From contig CM060732.1 in NCBI GenBank assembly GCA_030704615.1, positions 28,644,001-28,708,000 on the forward strand: a stretch of DNA of 64,000 nucleotides, in the 5' to 3' direction. Both the position numbers and the translations under genes were made by a program. Each line of letters starts with the position of its first letter. Position 1 is the stretch's first letter. Origin of the DNA: Takakia lepidozioides. Its lineage: Eukaryota > Plantae > Bryophyta. Below the pieces are notes generated by a model. The model made no database searches. It saw only the letters and a program-made list of their open reading frames with translations, and was not told the DNA's origin. Shown piece by piece: positions 27,601 through 39,594 of this stretch.

Positions 27601-28457
27601 ATGATCGGAGGAACCCACACGGTGCTGTACCTGCACCTTGTTTCAGCGGCAGATTTTGACTCCCACATTTGCTCACGCCACAACGCAGACATTTTGGTTC
27701 TGTAGGCACGACATAATGACCTGTGTATTTGGCAAGCCCAAGTACGGGATTCAGGGAATGCCGGAGGCCTCCGGGCGTCTGGCCTGTTGCACCGGGTTGC
27801 AGCCTCTCTCAGAATGAGGCGGATGCTCTATCTGCAGCAGGATTTCGAATGTTGCAACGCACAGACATCCCGGCCCACGCATTTCCGGTTCCTCAGACCC
27901 AGCCATTGCATACTGCTCGGTCCAGTAGAGACGGATTGGACAATTCTGCACATCCCACAATGCGATTCGGAAGAGTGAAGAGACGACACCCTCCCAACAA
28001 GTTGAATGAGACTCGGATTGCCAATGCTCTTGGGATGGCTTGCACTATTCAGAGCTCCGTGGACGTACCCCCACCCGGCCTTGGGCGTGTGTATCGGATG
28101 GCAACGGCCGGCTCGGCTGTACGCGACGATGTATACACAATTACGATTGGAGTGGAGCCGACTTGCAACTGTACGGACTTCTCGTTGATGGAAGCAAAGA
28201 AGGGTTCGAAGTATTATCCGTGCAAGCATCTGTATTACATTTACCTGAAGAGGTTGAGGATGAACGTGACTATTGATGACTTTATTCATGCACCGGCGTT
28301 GAGCGTGAACGAGCTGCACAAACTCCTCTTAGGGATTCCAGAAATCATTGATGGGGCAAACGGAATCCTCCATATGGATATTTTTTCAAATGCATTTTGC
28401 TGTATCAGACTTTTTTTTTGCAGTGTAATGAAATGCACCCCAAAACTCCTGGAATGA
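24660..28457 (+). pseudogene. Inner element MULE-type DDE transposase with Cys/His-rich N-terminal domain and C-terminal SWIM finger (frameshifted)
   Basis: MFDHIKR (first D); FRGFMADNAQANWAAIRRVY...CGFHF (second D plus CxxH); NMAES (E, ~26975-26990); CNCTDF...PCKHLYY (SWIM). Intron 26850-26934. Confidence 0.85.
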
Positions 28458-28499
28458 GGCAATATTCCATTCAAACTGAGATCCAACAGAAGCAGTTCT

Positions 28500-28870
28500 G
28501 GGGCCATTTCTGGAAAATGGCGCCGAATTTCTCTTTTGGGGGCCGAAAACTCGCTAAGTCCCAACATGCACTGGTACCTGTGTTTGGGAAAATGGCGCCG
28601 AATTTCTCTTTTTGGGCCGAAAACTGGCTAAGTCCCAACATGCACTGGTACCGTGTCTGGAAAAATGGCGCCGAATTTCTCTTTTTGGGCCGAAAACTGG
28701 CTAAGTCCGAACATGCACTGGAAAAATGGCGCCGAATTACCTGTCATGAGGGGACCTATAGCCGCGGAATTCGGCACCATTTTTCGCCAGAGAGACCTAT
28801 TGCCGCGAAATACGTCGCCGTTTTTTCAGGTTACGGACCCTATTACCGCGAAATTCGGCGCCATATTTGC
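28500..28870. repeat. Inner element subterminal AAATGGCGCCGAATTT repeats
   Basis: Copies near 28515, 28591, 28663 and 28725, plus degenerate ones to 28865. Confidence 0.85.
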
Positions 28871-29128
28871 ACATGTCGCTAGGAATTGGCATGAGCGGAA
28901 GACAAAATATCATGAGCACAACTGTCAAAAGTGCAATTTTCCCTTCAAGGGGCCGAATAATATATTTGTTTTTTCTGACACATTGCATTAAATTATTGTT
29001 TTTATTGTTTTTTATTGTTTTTTATTTTCGAAATTTGTACTTCTGCTCATGAAAACCGATTGTGTTACTACTCTGCTCATGCCGCTCATGCCGCTCATGC
29101 CGCTCATGCTCATGAAATAGCAAACCTC

Positions 29129-30485
29129 GTCATATCCAGTCATTCGTTTCACCTCCAGGATTGAGTGCATGTCCGACCCCCGACCGAAATCCTGCTTGCA
29201 AGATACGATGTGATTCCGCACATTCGGACTACAAACGTGCGAGACGGACTCCAACAGGTCAAGCATCTCCTTTTCGTTCAAGGGCACTCGGTCTGAACCA
29301 TCTTCAGACATGATTTTTCCAAGAGCAATCTTGTGGGCTGCCTTCAGCTGAATCTGCTTTGGTCTTGCTCTAGGGCTCAATTTCACCTCCTCTTTTATGA
29401 TGTCGTGTGCTTCCTGCACAGCCTCACGCATGTTGCCTCTCGCCAAGGGGTGGCAGTGGACCCCAACGTGTATGCAAGCTCTAGTCAAGTCCGGGAGCAA
29501 ATGGATAACGTAATATTGCTTGGCTCTGCACATGGACATGCACGTCGGTGGTTCTTTGCAATGTGCGCACTTGAAAGTACCCGCAGGAGCTTGGCTGGAG
29601 ACAATGAATGGATGATGCGTTGTGCCAGTCCAATCCGTCTCGTTTCTCCGCCCTCCTGGAAAGAAAGTGGAAGCAGGCGGGATTCAGGCACCTCAGTTTC
29701 CCCGCACAGAGGACGTATCGTACACGAACACCATCAGCAATTTTCGTGCTACTGGTCTTTGTCACACACCAGGGGTGTCCGTCATGCTTTCGATCCATGT
29801 CTGTTAACATCCCTTAGGCTTTGTTTGAGGAAGTGACAGGTGGAAACTCGAAGATGACTTTGCCATCGACTTCGGGAGGCAGATACGTTACCTTCTTGAC
29901 TGGAAATTTGGCATAGTCGAGAGTAGCCAGCTCGGAGCGAGAACCATCGAGGTGATGTTGCCGTAGGAGCTGCACAATGGACCGGGTTGGAGTTATGCTC
30001 GAGAGTACTTGCGTAGCACCTGCAGAGACGTCCATGTCGGATTTGAACGACCGTGTGGAGGACATGGGGACCTCAATGCACTCATCTTCATCGTCGGAAA
30101 TGTCGAATACGTCCACACGAGAAGCTATGGAGGGTCTTGACGGTCCAGGTCGGGAATTATTATCGTTGCATACCTCTCTGTTGGCAGTGGCCGCCTGTCG
30201 GTTTCCGGACTCCTTTGTGGATGGTGTGGGCAGCGACTGATTCGGAAAGGGAATGGGCATTCCCACAGCTCGGTATAGGATGGTGTCTGATGGGGGTACG
30301 TGCCATTCGATTCCGCAACCTCCGTCATTACCTAGCACGACAATGGTCTCGTCAACCTGTCCAGGACCATCATTCCTTTCTTCTTCCAAGTAAACTGTGC
30401 CCGGTTTGAGCTTGAATTTAGAACAAAGGTAAGTTTCAGTCACTCTGCAAAAGTCCTCCCTCGTTTGGGATCCAGGCTCTCCCAA
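29129..30485 (-). pseudogene. Outer element MULE transposase, N-terminal part, truncated by the inner element
   Basis: DMDRKHDGHPWCVTKTSS...VRYVLCAGKLRCLNPAC and RACIHVGVHCHP...GRGSDMHSILEVKRMTGYD. Homologous to inner 24850-26160. Confidence 0.85.
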
Positions 30486-30910
30486 GTTGCGGAGGACAAC
30501 AAACTATAGCGTAGGAATTCAGAGCCATCGAACACCGCACGAAGTTGGCAAGTGCGAGGTTCAGTATAGCGACAAACGAAGGCTCACAGGCACCATGCGG
30601 AGTCCATCGACGATTGGAAGTCACACATTGAAGTGGAAAGTATAGTTTCAAGCTACATGCATGAAGGTGGGAGGTGTGATTCCATAGCCAGTAAGTTAGA
30701 CAATGATGGCCGAGTCGGCGACGAAATAACATCTCCTGACAGTTTCTCCTGAGGGTGGATCCAGCAGTATTCTCGGTACGGACAGGAGCGTTCGCACTGA
30801 CAAGTGCTAGGACTGTTAGTTAAAACGGTTAGACAACCTAGTTGTGCTCATCAAGACTGGCCGCAATTCTGTTGTTTTGGAACAATGCAACCCATTCAGG
30901 TTCAGCATGC

Positions 30911-32700
30911 GGAAATGAGGTTTCAGATTTCCATCCGGAGTGATTCTTTCGATTGCTGCTGGACGGAATACGGAGCCGCATTTCTGTATTGCGTCTTCGT
31001 CAAGCACCAGAGCGACGGAAATGCGGCACCGAGTTTCCGTCTAGGCAAAACCTTTACACTCTCCAGAACGGAAATGCGGTAACGCATTTCCATCCAGCAA
31101 GCCCGATATGTGAAGGTGGAACGGAAATGCGGTACCACATTTCCGTTCTGATTGAGAATCATGAACAAAGGGAAAAGAAATGCGGCACCGCATTTCCGTC
31201 CGAGTCGCACTTTCCGACATTCCATAACGGAAATGCGGCCCCGCATTTCCGCCCGGGTGAGACCTTCATACTCTCCAGAACGGAAATGCGGTAACGCATT
31301 TTCATCCAGCAAGCACGGTATGTGAAGGTGGAACGGAAATGCGGTACCGCATTTCCGTTCTGATTGAGAATCATGAACAAAGGGAAAAGAAATGCGGCAC
31401 CGCATTTTCGTCCGAGTCGCACTTTCCGACATTCCATAACCGAAATGCGGCGCCGCATTTCCGTCCGAGTCGCACTTTCCGACATTCCAGAACGGAAATG
31501 CGGCACCGCATTTCCGCCCGGGTGAGACCTTCATACTCTCCAGAACGGAAATGCGGTAACGCATTTCCATCCAGCAAGCACGGTATGTGAAGGTGTAACG
31601 GAAATGCGGTACCGCATTTCCGTTCTGATTGAGAATTATGAACAACGGGAACAGAAATGCGGCACCGCATTTCCGTTCGAGTGGCACTTTTCGACATTCC
31701 AGAACGGAAATGCGGCGCCGCATTTCCGTTTTGTATCTGATGCATGGAGCCGAGTGCAATTCCGATCGCTTGAGACAGCGCAATTCCGACCGCTTCAGAC
31801 ATTCAGACTATCCGGAACGGAAATGAGGTACCGCATTTCCGTTCTGACTGTAAATCGTGAACCATCGGAACCGAAATGCGGCAGCACATTTCCATCCGAG
31901 TCGCACCTCCCTCACAAGCTAGAACGGAAATGCGGCACCGCATTTCCGTTCTTATGAAAAATCGTGAAACATTGGAACTGAAATGTGGTACAGCATTTCC
32001 GTCGGAGTCGCACCTTCCGACATTCCAAAACGGAAATACGGCGCCGCATTTCCGTTTTGTATGTGAGGCATAGAGCTTTGGAACGAAAATACGGCACCGC
32101 ATTTCCACCAGGGTCAGACCTTAATACTCTACAGAACGGTAATCCGGTACCGCATTTCCGTTTTGACTGAAAATCGTCAACAGCAGGAACAGAAATGCGA
32201 TGCCGCATTTCCATTTATGTGAGACCTTCAAACTTTCCAGACCGGAAATGCGGCACCGCATTTCCGTTCAGCTGAGACCTCTATACTTTCCCGAACGGAA
32301 ATGTGGCACGGCATTTCCGTTCATCAACGAAGGTATGTGAAGGGGGAACGGAAATGCGGTACAGCATTTCCGTTCAGATTGAAAATCATGAACCACGGGA
32401 ACTGAAATGTTGTGCCGCATTTCCGTCCGGATCGCACGTTTCGACATTCCAGAATGGAAATACGGCGCCGCATTTCCCTTTTGTATCTCATACATGGAGC
32501 TGTTGGACGGAAATGCGGCACCGTATTTCCGTTCAACAACTAAGGTATGTGAAGGTGGAACGGAAATGCGGTGCCGCATTTTCTTCCAACAAGCACGGAT
32601 GTGTAGCTTCGTGATGGTACTTAACGAAAATGCGGTGCCGCATTCGCATTTTCACTCCAACTCCAAATTTGAAAACGTGGAGCAACGGAATTGCGGCACA
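30911..32700. repeat. Outer element central palindrome array, GGAAATGCGG(CG/CA/TG/TA)CCGCATTTCC, 53-bp period
   Basis: Unit starts at 31017, 31070, 31123, 31176, 31229, 31282, 31335, 31388, 31441, 31494, 31547, 31600, 31653 and 31706, and again from 31926 to 32562. Perfect 28-bp palindrome at 31703-31730. Confidence 0.97.
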
Positions 32701-33057
32701 TGTCTGCACTCTTTCTGACTGAAGTGGCATGAGGCGGCGCGGTCTGACCGTTGGATAATGATGTTTGTTTTTCGAACGGCAGGCGTATCCTGAACGATTC
32801 AAATTTCGTAATGACGCAAAGTCCACGAGGAGACACTTTCCTCCAACCCTTTCGAACCCAAGTGCTGCATCACTGCCGTTTCATCTGCTTTTGTCGTGTC
32901 TCCTCAGTCACCCCTCTCGCGCCCTTTCCATCTGCACTCTTTGCCCCTTTTCCCTATCTCTTTTCTTCTTATGCTCGAACCTGAGAGGGAGGGAGTGCGT
33001 GCACCAGAGAAGAGACATCGTCGCAAGCTCTGAAAATTGTACTTCGGACGTAGGCCA

Positions 33058-36000
33058 ATGCCGAAGGGGAGGAAGCAGATGCGTCTACAGGAGGAGATTG
33101 CCATCTCGCAGCATCAGGCCACGCAGGCAACCCAGCCACCAGTGAGAGCTCCGTGCTATCGGGATTCGCCAGCTGATCGAGCAACGAAACCCGCCTCATT
33201 TTTCTTCTGCAATTCTTAGACTGTATGCTAGGAGACTTGACTGCAGAAGATGTTTGCATGCCTAACCGGAAAGGTGGACGTGCTGGAGGGATCGCAGGAA
33301 TCCGAAGAGCTGCAGGTAGAGTCCGTGGAGCTAGCTGCAGCACGCACACCCAGCCGATCCACGAGCACTGGTCTTCCTGCCGGTCCTAGCCCTGTGCGTT
33401 TCAAGGACGCGGCTTCGAAGGCCAAGTCTTTGCAGTTCAAAGCCCCAGAGAGCGACTCGCCTTCAAGGTCATGGAGAATCGCCAGCAGGGGTCTAGCCCT
33501 TCTCTAGCAAAGATGAAGAAGAAGCAGCCCGTCCTTCAACTTGTTTCTGAACCGGACCAGGCCGTTTCCCCCCCCACCCAGGAGAATGAAGCAGATTCAA
33601 TTGCAGCAGACACCTTCACCTGCGAGAATGAGGAAGCACAAGGCAATCAGGGGGAGGGCGGAGCAATCTCCCGCAAAACCGATTCCACGAGCTGAAGCCC
33701 AGTTCCTGCTTGATTTCCAACCTGCTGCAGCGAAGCCAATGGGATCAACCGTCGATCTGGTACCGGAGGAGGGTGCTGCCTCTCAACGTTCTCAGCAAGA
33801 CCTGACCACAGTTGAGGAAGACCTGACCACTGAAGGCCCGGAGGAGGCCTCTGCAATTGCACAATTGTCCGCAAAGATTCCCCAGAGTGCAGCTCCAGTT
33901 GGGATGCTCGAGCTGCTCAGCCCTTGCCGCCACCAGCAGAAATGTCTCCGGAGGAATTCCAAAGTGCAGCGGATACAATGTTGGAGGAGACACATAGTAG
34001 CATTGGCAGAGTTCTGGGCAGCAGGGTATTCCAGCGGACTCTTCAAATCCCACTCTGTCGCATGGTCTCCCTTCCCATCGTCAGGCAGGCACTTCCCGGA
34101 GATGTGGATAAGCTCAAGTTCGCATTTCGAGAAGGGTACCGTCTAGGTTCGCCAGCCTTCTACGTTTCCCTTGAGAATGAGGACGGCGAATCTCGTGGAC
34201 CCATTGCGGAGGAATTGTCAACATGGGATACCCACTGGCACACTCGCAACGACGAATTCGAGGCAACCCTGAAGGGTGATCCCGACTTCGGCCATATGTC
34301 GGGTAAAATGTTCTTTGTGTGGGACGGGAATCACCGACTTCTCGCCTGGTGGGAGTACATCAAGCAGAACCATGCCAAGCACATTGGCTGGCATTACATG
34401 GTGGAGTGTGTCATCCTCAAGGTGAAGGCGGCAGATTCCTCCCTGCTCAAGAATGCCATGGCGGACCTCAACTCGTAAGATACTCATACCCTCCCAACCA
34501 AGTTCGAAATGAGGTGCCGCATTTCGGTTTCCAATCTGTTTTGTTTCCGTGCTTCCGTGGACTGAACTGGAGAGTGTGCCTTGCAGGGTCACTGAAAATG
34601 CGTACGTGCATACCCACATGGCACATATGCTGTACAGGGTGAGGAAAACTGGTCTCACTGATCCGTACATGTTCGCGGAAATGCTGGAGCCCGAGCTCAT
34701 TCAGAAAGCCGTGGCAAAAACTGACCGGACATGGTATCGTCTCACTATGGATGGAATGGTGGAGGTGATATACGAAGTAAGTCATCCTCCCATTCCCCTC
34801 TGCTCATCCTTCCCCAATTTCCGGTAATCTTTCCACATGAATCAAATGTAACGCTTATGCATGTTTTTGTTGGCAGTCAAACATCAAGCTGGATTTGGCC
34901 CATGCCAAACGCTTCTTCATGGAAAGTGAGGGGCAGGTCAAAACGTTGCAGTCATTGACTGAGCACTTGAAGGAAGCCGGGGTCAAGTCCAGAACGAAAT
35001 ACAAGTCAAAGCTTGTGAAGCTGGTGGCCATTGCAAATCCGGCACTTGGAAAGGACTTCATCCCCGAGATTGCAAAACACTATTCTCGGGCCATGCAGCC
35101 GACCATGCAGTTGGAGAAACTGCATCACCTCTCAACGGCATGTGTTGAAGCGAAAGAGAAGGTGATGTTTCAATTCACTGAAGTTCCTTCCTAGCAATAG
35201 CCACTCTTCTTCCTGCGACTGACATTGGATCGGAAATGGCAGACACGGTGGCTGTCGATCTGGAATGCATCGGAGAGTATAAGGACAATGTGGTCTTTTC
35301 CACTCGAAGTTTCCGACCCTGCAGTGGATGTGTGGCTCAACCGCATGACTTGGTGGTTCCAGGTAATTCAAGGTACTTCCCCAGAGTTGCTTTTCTGAAA
35401 TGAATTCCCTGAACTGCTACGTGACAATGCATGTGGGAATCGTAGGTAATGACGAATGCGAAGGAGCAAGTCGTAATGCATACAAATTCGTTCGGCTTGT
35501 ACGTCAAATGGGATGGAACACAGACATTGGAAGACTACGTGACACGTTTCAGATGTGCTTACAAGGACAACCTCTTCGCCAGGGAGCTACAGACAGCAAG
35601 AAGGAGCGTGGAGTTTACACATCAGGAGGGAGCGGGAAAAGCTGCAATGCGAATTGTTTACAGGTGAAGCCCAGCTGTCCTTGTACGCAAAGCCTGGTAA
35701 TGAGGTTTGTCTGGGAAATGCGGCACCGCATTCGCATTTTATGTTTTCGGTTGCACTCTGCGAGTACGTTGGTCTCAACTTTTGCTCACGCATGCTGACT
35801 GCCCTACAGGTATATAAAATACGTGCTTCTTCAGACAGGGGCCCTGGCTCAAGAGCCCCCGTTCTTCATGGCTTGGACCGTGGCGGGCCCAAGCTGTGTC
35901 TACACACCCGAGCTGCAGAAACAATGGCATGCCGCGCATCTGGTTGGATGCCCGTGGTACCTGGACATGTCTGGCGGAATTGTTGACGAGTCTGAGAAAG

Positions 36001-38136
36001 ATCTGCACGCGAAAGCAGAAGAGAAGAGAAAGGAAAGACGTGTCCCTGCTCGGCAAAGGAAGCTGCTGCTCTGGAACAATCCAGAAAGGCAGCTGAGATG
36101 GCACAGAAAACGGTGGATGTAGCTGTGCAGGCTCAACAGAAGGGGTCGAAGAAGCGGACTCGCCAGCAAGGAGCAGCAATTGTGACACCTTAGAAAACGA
36201 AGAAGCAGAAACAAATAGTGCAGGTAGAGGGTGAGGAAGAGGACTCCGATGGAGACTTTGCAACCAGCCCACCCCCCGAGACGCAGCCGAAATCCCCTGT
36301 GCCCACCGTTGTCACGAGAGGGACGAGAATTGGCTCGGCAAAGAAGGCACTCTTCAACACCCCATATGCAGACAAAGCAGTTCGATGCATACTGCTTTGT
36401 GAAGGAGAACTCCACCTTTGCTTTCCGGAAAGAGGGGGGGGGCACCCTTTCGAGCCGGTGGAAATGAAGAGGCCGAAAGTGGATCCCGATACAGTAGTCC
36501 AGTGTGTGAATGAGAGTTTCTTGGCGGCTTTGGATGGACGGGCAGCCAAGTTGGCATACATGAAGACCATGGAGGGTCTGAAGGGCAGAGCACTGAAGAA
36601 GGCGGCTGCCGAAGAGCCTTCTGACACCCCCAGGTTTCTGAAGATGGTCTCGTTCTTTGAGAGGGTGTGTGCAGACAAGGATTGCAGGAGGGGCGGAAAT
36701 TCCACCGATTGGTCTTGCGATATGATCATCTTGGATATTCCAGACGGAGAGCCTGTGGAAGGACTGCAAGCTTTGCCATCTTGGAACAGGTACTCCGAGG
36801 ACTTTTGGAAGAAAGGATTCGGGCTCGCCCGCATGGTGTTGGACGACAGAGGCTGTGTGGTTGTCCTGGCGAGCAGAGGCAAAAACACGCAGACAGGAAT
36901 TGCGAAGTGGACCCGCAAGAGCGCCGTCCCAATTCTGAAGAAGAAGTGGACGTGCATCAACACATTGGGCCTTCGGTCGGAAGGGAAGAAGGTAATTACG
37001 ACCTTGGCACTCGTCCTTTCATTTTCTTAGGAGTCTTGAAATGCGGTGCCGCATTCGATTTCTAATCGTCCCCCACTTGACCCGAACTGCGACCCCATCG
37101 ATTACGACGTCCTGTTCAACAACGTTCCCACAGAACTTCTCCCTCATAGCCTCACTTCAACTGAACCCCTGCGGTATTCACGCACTCGGAGCCCTGCCTT
37201 CATTCAGACAATTATGGAGACATGCACTGACGTGGAGGGCACAGTGCTCGACCTCATCTGTGGGACAGGTATGCATAATCTTGTTGTATGTTTTTCTGCA
37301 AACTCTCGTTATGCTTTCATTCGCAACCTTCTGAAGGGCCATGTCATAATGTGTGGATGGCATTGTAACAGGTGCCTCAATGTGGGCTGGGCGTTTTTCC
37401 GACCGGCACCTCTTTGCGTACGAGGAGGACACAGGCGTCTGGGGATCCCATCTGGAAGGGCTGCAACGGAATGTGAAGGCTCCCATCGAAGTCAAAGACC
37501 CCTCGGATTCGTCGGAGTCGGAGGAAGAGACAGTGGACATTGATGCCGAGGAGGAATACGAGTGAGTGCAAACATTGTAAGTTTGCAAAGCCTTCTGGGT
37601 GATTTTTTGTCAAACGCATTTCCGGACTGTGGTTCTCATTGGTCTCTATGGTGATTGTTATATGCAGGATTGGAGGATCCGGGTCGAAACATGTAAGGCC
37701 TACACTTCCTGCCAGGAAGAATGTCCCGTTCTTTGCGAGGGCCGACTTCATGACGAGCCCGGTGAAGGACTACTCCCTTCCTAGTTATGCAGCTAAACTC
37801 GCAAATATAGCGATTAGACGATGTGAGAATCCCAGTAAAGTAGAGCAGATTTTGGAGAGGGCTAGGGAGGACAGAAGGATAAGGAAAGAGTTAGCAATAG
37901 CTGAGGCAGGTAGACGGGTGCGAAAGTTCATATGTGATTCAGCGGATGAGAGCGATGCAGACAGGGAGGACGATGAGCCAATGGAGGTGAGATGGTCGGT
38001 TCCGCAAGGTGAAGATGGGATTTTTGAAAGCCTGGCCAACGACCAGTCCGCTGGAGATGAGAAAGGCAATGACGGGGTGGAGGCGGAGCAGGACAGTCAA
38101 GAACAGGCCGACAGTAGTGATGATTTTCAAGATTAA
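33058..38136 (+). CDS. Multi-exon ParB/Srx-like plus beta-class MTase-like fusion protein, copy 2 (start uncertain, some frameshifts)
   Basis: IPLCRMVSLPIVRQALPGDVDKLKFAF...FFVWDGNHRLLAW (33924-34478); DMIILDIPDG (~36719-36748); RSPAFIQTIMETCTDVEGTVLDLICGTG spliced to ASMWAGRFSDRHLFAYEED (37187-37430). Confidence 0.8.
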
Positions 38137-38274
38137 TACAATTTTAATGAACTCTCTGTACATTTAAATTCAATTCCAGAGTATATAAAATGGAATTCTC
38201 CCCGTCCTTCATGTCCCCTCTCCCATGTGCTTCTAAACGACAACATCGTCCAAACCTGGTCCCTCCCAAAATCA

Positions 38275-39320
38275 GAAATGCGGCACCGCATTTCAATGTC
38301 TGAACGGAAATGTGGCAACTGCAAAAACCTCGTTTGGAAATGCGGCACCGCATTTCCAAAGCCGGGGCAAGAACAAATTTCCGATTCATGGTTTGGACAT
38401 CAGAAACTGTTCGGACAAACGGAAATGCGGTGCTGCATTTCCGTTTCCGACATGGCAGTTTTGCCGATTAGCAGCTCCTTCCATGGATGTAAATCGAAAT
38501 GCGGAGGTCGAACACGGAAATGCGGTGCCGCATTTACCTTTTGGAGATGGACATTTTTCCAACTGCAGACCCATCAACGTTCTTGGGCTCCCAATTCCAT
38601 GATGCTAGACGGGAATGCGGCACCGCATTCCATTGTCCAATAAGAATTTCGATGACGTACATGGAAATGCGGCGCCGCATTTCCAAAAGGGACATCGATG
38701 TTTGCCCAATTCCAGACCCTTTGACCGAAATGCGGCACCGCATTCCATCGTCCTATAAAAACTTACATTGTCCTATAAAAACTTTCAATTGCCCAACATG
38801 GGAAATGCGGCGCCGCATTTCCAAAACAGACATCATTGTTTGTCCAATTCCAGACCCGTGTGGGCATTCCGTCTTGATGGACGGAAATGCGGCACCGCAT
38901 TCCATTGTCCGATTCGATATTTTGATGACAGACATGGAAATGCAGTGCCGCATTTCCAGAACTTCCATCGTTGTTTGTCCAATTCCAGACCCTTCGACGG
39001 AAATGCGGCACCGCATTCCATTGTGCTCTCCGGAAATGCTGTGCCGCATTTCATTGTCCGGTACGAAATTTTGATGACGGACATGGAAATGCGGTGCCGC
39101 ATTTCAAGTATGGACATGGGCAAGCATTACCGACTGGACATGCTTGGATAGTGCAAGGTCGAATATGGTGTTGCGGCGCCGCATTTCAAATTCGAAGTAT
39201 GGTAATGCCATGTCAGGAAATGAAATGTTTTACAGCATTTCCGTTACGACGACAGCGGAGGAAAGGGAGCTGCCAGAAAAAGCTTCATGGAGAAAATGGA
39301 ATGCGGTGCCGAATTTTCGA
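38275..39320. repeat. Second outer-type palindrome array, downstream of the ParB-MTase gene
   Basis: About 15 or more irregularly spaced GAAATGCGG(CA/TG/CG)CCGCATT copies. Confidence 0.92.
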
Positions 39321-39594
39321 GCTTCGGCGTGTACATGTTTCCTACAACTCGTACATGGATTTTCTTCACCTCAGGACCGTGATATTGCTGACTCTGGTAT
39401 ATTCATATGGACAGACACATTGTAGAAATGAGACCTCAAATTGTAAAGAGTGGGCCAATTACGGCAGTTCTTGAACACGATGAAACACAAGCACACAGAA
39501 GTGAGGTACGATGGGTTGTTTTATTGATCGAACACGGTGTCTCACATTTAGCAGCTCCAGACAAATCTAAGCCCTTCCTCCTTCTACATGGGTG

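Larger units (their letters stand above)
15537..29128. mobile_element. Inner large Mutator-like DNA transposon (13.6 kb), opposite orientation to the outer element
   Basis: Termini GGGGGCTGCTATTTCATGAGC (15537) and GCTCATGAAATAGCAAACCTC (ends 29128), the same two end types as the outer element. No TSD, consistent with a flanking deletion. Confidence 0.88.

Noticed and set aside
24660-28457. Zisupton/KDZ assignment (SWIM finger and 8-bp TSD)
   Set aside because: The catalytic core has the MULE signature F..D...A...AI..V...CxxH and N.AES; no KDZ-type motifs were recognised.
30911-32700. CRISPR array
   Set aside because: The geometry is CRISPR-like, but spacers recur in higher-order units, the repeat is a full palindrome with a variable centre, there are no cas genes, and the context is a eukaryotic transposon.
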